A stretch of DNA of 64,000 bases from Marsupella aquatica. Its lineage: Eukaryota > Plantae > Marchantiophyta. Below are positions 63,501 through 64,000 of the stretch, one piece after another; the first letter of the stretch is position 1; every line of letters begins with the position of its first letter. Position numbers and translations under genes: made by a program. The stretch lies in NCBI GenBank assembly GCA_973895155.1, contig OZ316895.1, positions 18,710,408-18,774,407 of the forward strand, written 5' to 3'. Below the pieces are notes generated by a model that saw nothing but the letters and a program-made list of their open reading frames with translations, made no database searches and was not told the DNA's origin.

Positions 63501-63705
63501 TGCCTCCAAACCCTCTTCCCCGTGTGGTCTTCTTCTCATTGAAGATGGATTGTATGCAAGTAAAGCCTTTAATGCTAGGTAGAGCATTTCCCTCATATTC
63601 CCAAGTCTCCGTGAAAAGCAAGATGTCAAAATTCTCAAACAAAGGTTCCCCTCCAATTGCTGTTTCTATGGAAAGTCCTGAAACATTCCATGCCATGACT
63701 CTCAA
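60502..63705 (-). CDS. LINE ORF2: APE endonuclease + reverse transcriptase + C-terminal Cys/His domain, 1067 aa, uninterrupted
   Basis: AWNVSG, ETW, GDFNAR, TIDY, SSH; QGCPLSPTLF, FADD, YKYLG; RLSSHHLEVEQGRW..RVCQLC..ENEYHVFIAC. Confidence 0.95.
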   Translation of the reverse strand: MRVMAWNVSGLSIETAIGGEPLFENFDILLFTETWEYEGNALPSIKGFTCIQSIFNEKKTTRGRGFGGIAVYTKNQLQHITSIEHEDPSKQFMVVRLHTRGTPSFLIVTYFAPLNMNVYKMGIADAHYPFHRLIQVIHDISPLGETWIVGDFNARVSNEQFTESEDLGTLPWSSCSEEIPWVREALDTRTNDMTRHFLHLGASCNLRILNGLERFPQSSGYTFRSKQGCSTIDYLLASPTSATRVVDFQILDQQPESSHLPLLFHLDLTTIPNKVHRKPVPKPLFLDPDREVIFKANFEHLLHTLDDQIELSEVIAQAAASTFSTKPPRKQNMKAWFDEDCARARMQARSHSGEKRLLAFTMYKNFIKHKKRCFLKSHQQSLCEEFIKHPKRFWERMQSGKTTPPLDHQDLVTYVTSLYFFPDASGMPLPLGDTIQFTEREVKVHLSHMQHGKAKDLLGLNLELLLWGGPSLLTNLVHELNQAMALGLPKAWMTRRVVPIFKAGNKDDVHNYRTIMVGNTFAKVLGGLLEARLSSWLESEMKRAPSQASFRREFSTMDHILCLRVLCEKAKSPHKPLFCLFVDFSKAFDKVSRSKLWDRMVELEVPEELRLAVSKLYQEVRIKLSKETSEEIWSTLGVIQGCPLSPTLFGIFIDQLHNILEEHGGVGTQLGRFVLQLLIFADDVVLLAHAQEALQRHLNALEEFCQATGMVVNLKKTKCLGIGTRQNPELYFQGNLVEFVRTYKYLGVEFSQNLSWASCVKSRAANGYRAFYAFMNKCKRAGLHTWRLRKHLFGALVKPVILYGAPIWGAGVSKSGWQQIEGLQKLFLEMELGIKSQTPYALTLAEAGLFPLEVEALFHTLKYIMRVRELEENRFPFHALRSSSAKGWYADVCRWAHAWDFPEHEWPTHPTKLRAKLEQKALHKLWHEPSPRQQYYMRDVNPMKKYREQEYLSSTISVQLRQLIAQDRLSSHHLEVEQGRWKDIDRKKRVCQLCDSSSIENEYHVFIACKFYEGVRMASQILVKDLYALFGLPPQQLGRYIFAVDRERRIGLENLSGLSRSIVSLRT

Positions 63706-63717
63706 GGTCCCAATCCA

Positions 63718-64000
63718 TCATTTAGAAACAACTCTCTTCTTATTGGTAACAACAGCTTGTCCATTGCACAAGTAGGCTACCAATCCTTGGTCTTTGGCTA
63801 CCCTCACCTTCTCAAGCTCAATTTTCCTTGCTTGGACTTGTGTGGGAGTCAGATCATCATCCAACCAAATCCTTAGCCCTTTAAGCATGCTCCTGTTAGC
63901 CATCACTCTAGCTTTCTCGGATTCAGCTGCAAACTTCACCAAGATTGGACGTGGAAGGTCCCACTTCTTTTGCCCAATCCTATATGCTTGCAAAATGATA
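63718..64000 (-). CDS. LINE ORF1 C-terminal part (Tnp_22/L1-ORF1-like RRM-CTD)
   Basis: AYRIG...PRPILVKF....K......LKG.RIWLDDDLT motif; 5' part lies outside the window. Confidence 0.8.
   Translation of the reverse strand, partial: IILQAYRIGQKKWDLPRPILVKFAAESEKARVMANRSMLKGLRIWLDDDLTPTQVQARKIELEKVRVAKDQGLVAYLCNGQAVVTNKKRVVSK

Larger units (their letters stand above)
60370..64000 (-). mobile_element. RTEX-like LINE with (CATTAC)n tail, runs off the window
   Basis: Tail (GTAATG)n at 60370-60394 on the plus strand; intact ORF2; ORF1 C-terminus at 63718..63993. Confidence 0.9.

Overview
Eukaryotic, transposon-dense window, most likely from a non-seed land plant (inferred from the TE lineages and gene structure). 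The only intact cellular gene is an 11-exon 2OG-Fe(II) dioxygenase (minus, 28213-31700). The rest is nested TEs: L1-clade LINEs, an intact RTEX-like LINE ORF2 with a (CATTAC)n tail plus two truncated relatives, two Bianca-like Ty1/copia elements (one complete, with identical 152-bp LTRs and a CATAG TSD), TGTGA-terminated LTR-type elements with PMD-like/coiled-coil ORFs, a CACTA transposase relic and a MITE. The most notable signal lies at about 4.9-11.9 kb. A decayed spliced gene there encodes a ParB/Srx-like domain followed by a tandemly duplicated beta-class N4C/N6A DNA-methyltransferase fold. It sits head-to-head with a GCM-zinc-finger transposase-like gene. A TAGCGCCNGGCGCTA palindrome recurs in its introns and in the intergenic region, and reappears 43 kb away beside a SWIM-finger transposase fragment. 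This suggests a DNA transposon carrying a ParB-methylase cargo and its own palindromic sites. All domain calls come from reading motifs by eye; no searches were run.
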